The notes beneath the pieces are model-generated. The model was not told where the DNA came from. It saw only the letters and a list, made by a program, of their open reading frames with translations, and made no database searches. From Selaginella moellendorffii (Eukaryota > Plantae > Lycopodiophyta), in assembly GCF_000143415.4 (NCBI RefSeq), contig NW_003314262.1:4102021-4166020 (forward strand): DNA of 64,000 bases, written 5' to 3'. Position numbers and translations under genes: made by a program. Shown piece by piece: positions 60,291 through 64,000 of this stretch (positions are counted from its first letter, which is position 1; the number at the start of each line of letters is the position of its first letter).

Positions 60291-63200
60291 TTATATTTTT
60301 AAGGCCGACCCTAATGGGAACCCTAATTTTATTCTTGGCATATACCTTTCATTTCGGGAGGATGGCGAGAAATGGCGAGGCGCATCGCGAATCCAAGGTA
60401 CTACCAAGGAGTAGTTGTCGTAGCCGCGGCTCCGTCCTTTTGGGAGCTGCTAGTGCTGTGGGTTGTGGTGCTGGGCATGCTCTCGTTCTTGGTGCTCTCG
60501 CTGCTCGTTTTCAACTTCTGGAAGCGCAACACTCAGCAGCCAAAGGGACGACGAGTTTTCGCGCAGCGACGACAATCCACACTCACAGCTTTCGCGCAGC
60601 CCAGCAGGGGGTGCTCATTTTGCTGCATCGACATCAACTTGCTCAAGCTCAAGACAAGTAAGCATTTTCCAATTTTTTTTATGAAAGGGGTGTTTAGTTT
60701 TGGTGTTTACCTTTATTCCACTTGTTTCTAACCTCTGTTTACAGTGTCCGGGATTCGGAATATTGACTTTGGCCGGACTTCTGCTGTACGACCATCGAGT
60801 AATAACCCAATCTTCTATGCTCCTCGAATGTAAGTTCTCCTGTTTATCTTCCAAGGCCTGGCTGACTTTGATTTGTTTCTTCTCTTTTTTTTTCATAGAC
60901 CTTCTTGACTACCAGAACTCGAGAATGATCCCAGGTGTTGTTCTTGACTTCCAGAGCTCAAGAATGGTGCCAGAGGTTCATAGCGGCTCCCTTGACACTG
61001 ATCTAGCTGAGCTGCCACGGAGCGTTGTTCCACAGCCTCCAATCACCTCGGAAGTTCGTTTGCCTTTGACAATGCTCAACTTTGCGACCCCTCCGGCTTT
61101 CATGCCTGGTCAGCTGCAGCAAGAGCAAAGCCATCACGACATAACGACTGCATCCAGCGTGAGCTTTGAGCCGCAGTTACTGCTGGAGAGTGACAATGAA
61201 GTAAGCCCACTCTGCTTTTCATATTGTCACTAACACACACCTGATGCAGTTTCTCAAGCGCTTGGAGGTTGTCTCTGAGCTCCTTATCGCAAGCTCAATC
61301 CAGGAGTCACGCATGGCCATGGCTTGTGTTGGTTATGGCCAGCTACAGTGTTTGCTCATGATCTTGCTTCAGCAGCAGAGTCATGACGATGGTGTGCTCA
61401 ACACGTCCAATGAGGTAAGCTTTCTCGTCTTTCCAGTCTACTTGGAGTCATTTTCTAATATCTTTGTCCATGCAGTTTTCACGTACGCTGGTAAAGCACA
61501 CAAGAGAAGCCAAGTGTACATTCCTCGACCTCAATCAAGACATATCGGTCTCACAACTCTACGGCCAAGACTTTATGCCTCTGCAGCGTCAATCAGTGAT
61601 CATCAAGGGATCACGGGGCAATGCAATCTTCACGCTCCAGGTGATTAGTGCGCTCGGCTTAATTCCCGGATGTGGTTCGGAGTCCTACAACTCTAGCGTA
61701 AGAATACTTTCCATATTCCTTGGCTCAGTGGTTCCGAGTCCACTAAATGTAAGTAGATCTTTTCCTGGCTCCACACTTAACACTTGGCTTCTATCGTTGC
61801 CGGAGCTGGCAAGTGGTGCTCGTTCTGTTCTTCGCATCACCGGCGGCATGGAAGCCCCTCTTCCTGGTCGGCTTGGTGCTCGACTGCTGCTCAACAATCT
61901 ATGCTGTTCACGCTTTTCTGGTGATCTTTCCTTGTGGACTTGTGTGGAGCTCCAGGTGCCGAGTTATCCATCACTGTTTGAGTTGGCGGTGCTCAAACTC
62001 AACACAGTTATTCCGCAGCCTCCAATCACCCCACTGCTTATCAAGCTAGTCTGCGTCAACTTTCAAGGAGGTTACAATACTAACAGTAAGCTGCTTATGT
62101 TTTTGTTTGCATCATCCTTATCAAGTGTTTTGGTTTGAAGTTCCAGCAATCTGCGAGCGGGGAAGTACATCGCGACATTGTGCCTGAGCGAGGAAAACAG
62201 AAAGCTCCTTGGTTCCTTGGTGTTCGGCTGCTGCTCAACAATGATGAAAGCCCTCCATGCTCTTTACGATTTTGTGGCGCTCTTTTCTCCGGAACTTGTG
62301 TTGAGCTCCAGGCGCCGACTTATCCATCACTAATCGAGCGAGCGTCACTTTATGAACCATATCGTAAGCTGCACTTCAGATTTTCGTTCTTTACGATACT
62401 TGACGACAATTGGTTTACACACTCAGCGTCTTGGACGTTCTGGACGCGATTTCATACTGGCAAACCCCAGCATTTGCTGGTTATCGGGGAGCGGAGAGTC
62501 ACACAGATGTTTGGGCCCCGGAGGGAGTGCTCGTTTTGTGTCATCGACATCAGCAAGATCACGCTCAAGACAAGTAAGTTTTTTCATTCTTTTTTATAAA
62601 ATCATGCCCCTTAGTTTTGTTTTTTACTGTTTTGACAGTGTCGGGGCTTACTTTCCCGTGGCATCGTGCGTTGGAATCAACACTGCCTGATGATCACAAT
62701 GCTTATACAGATGTAAGTACTCTTCCAAATTCCTTGTGGATTTTAGCTCTGAATTTATGTGTTGATTGAGCAGGAGGTCTTTGACATGTTTATTAATCTT
62801 ATTCACGCGTCAAAAGGTGGCTGGAAATATTCTAATTTACATGTACGTTTGAATTCAATTTTCATTCGATGCTTTTTGGATCTTTTATATTAATTTGCGA
62901 ATGCAGGAACTATATGCTGGCTTTAAAGACGCTTGGCTTTTGCGTGGTGGCCAATTTCGGGCTCAGGGACAAGAGCTGCTAAGGCGTGGTGCTCCGCCTT
63001 TTGTAAACTATGAGTGGGAAAGTCACAACATTCTATCTGAGCTAGAAAAACAAGAAGCGGACAGCTTGGATGATCAGTCAGACGACGGTGCTGTTTTGCC
63101 ACCATCCATCCATCAACTTGGAAGCTCTTGCAACTTCTTGGAGGTGATACCGATTGCGGCGGATTGCTCCTTCGAGGATTTGGACCTCCAAGTTCGTGGT

Positions 63201-63813
63201 TCAAGACGATCCTGTAGCTCCCACGTAAGTATTCTTTCCGTTTCTCATGGATGTTATACCTGAATATAAGTTATGCAGTTTTCGGATGCCATCTTCAAAG
63301 ACGCAGGAGGAGATTTGATGGGGCACGAGCCAGCTGGAGACCTGGAGAATGGCTGGGAGGAATTTCCGAGCTGCCGATGGAGCGACTTTTCCGAATTGGT
63401 GAGCGATGAGCAAGGAGATAGTGCTGTTTGTGGAGATCCGTGAAGCTGATCAACCTGGGAGCTCAGAGAACGAGGGTGATTTGACGCGTTATGCAGCAGC
63501 AGAACTGCTAGATGCAGTACCAGCGACAATGTTAACAACCTTGACATTCATGGGCGACATTGCGACACCATTGTTTTGTGCCACTTTCTCTTCTCCTTTC
63601 AGCAGCCACTGACACGAACACTTGAACAGGTATAGAGAAGGCGATAAGTGGTGCTATCAGAATAAAACAGAAGGTGTGCTAGCCATTTTCAGCGTATGCA
63701 GCACCTATACAGCGGCAGAGACGATTTTGGCAGCTTGATGGTTGAACGAGGCAAAGGATCTGAATCCAGCGAGCTCTCAGCGCTCTCACTTTCACAGATA
63801 ATTGAAGTTGACA
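60291..63813 (+). repeat. Arm 2 of the inverted segmental duplication
   Basis: Reverse complement of 44182-47382; patchy similarity may continue to the window end. Confidence 0.95.
60372..63610 (+). CDS. Orphan multi-exon gene, copy 2 (TM anchor plus repeated domains); may be a pseudogene
   Basis: Telo-box at ~60319; same exon series as 44375-47300 plus extra segments at ~62410-62530 and ~63100-63370; 3' end uncertain. Confidence 0.5.
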
Positions 63814-64000
63814 CGATGACGATCAGTATGGAGGCACAATTCTATTTTCGTCACGCTGGGGTCCAGATGGAGCGGCTCTTGAAGAAGAAGAAGATAATGT
63901 AATCTATAAAGTGGGCAACAACACCAAAGCATCTTCTGCTTGGAGTTACGCGCGGCTGGACGAGGCTCAGGTGGCTCTCGGAAGTTTTAGAATGCCCGCC

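Overview
This is a compact plant nuclear region. Most introns are about 45-100 nt and many intergenic gaps are very short, which fits a lycophyte such as Selaginella (inference). One 100-N scaffold gap is present. Recognisable genes: REX1-B (partial), TMEM209/PNET1-like, plastid KAS I, a type-D-like nsLTP, a class-B ARF, a divergent eEF2, two intact germin-like genes, ferritin, MBF1, an intronless At1g26650-like membrane protein and a DHHC S-acyltransferase. There are also germin-like, F-box and PPR pseudogenes and two orphan gene families. Mobile DNA: (i) a full-length decaying Ty3/gypsy element whose gag-pol junction has a GGGAAAC slip site and a predicted H-type pseudoknot; (ii) a recent nested 572-bp TRIM whose identical LTRs carry the 5S rRNA Pol III internal promoter (Cassandra-type), plus two older relics of it; (iii) AT-rich TE relics. 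The most notable signals are the Cassandra-type TRIM in an apparently lycophyte genome; RIP-like C>T/G>A hypermutation of a TE copy (20 of 21 differences in a 110-bp hand alignment, 11 in CHH context); a 72-bp near-palindromic bidirectional promoter with a double E2F site; a degenerate tasiR-ARF site and a uORF in the ARF; and a ~3.3-kb inverted duplication carrying an orphan membrane-anchored repeat-domain gene.
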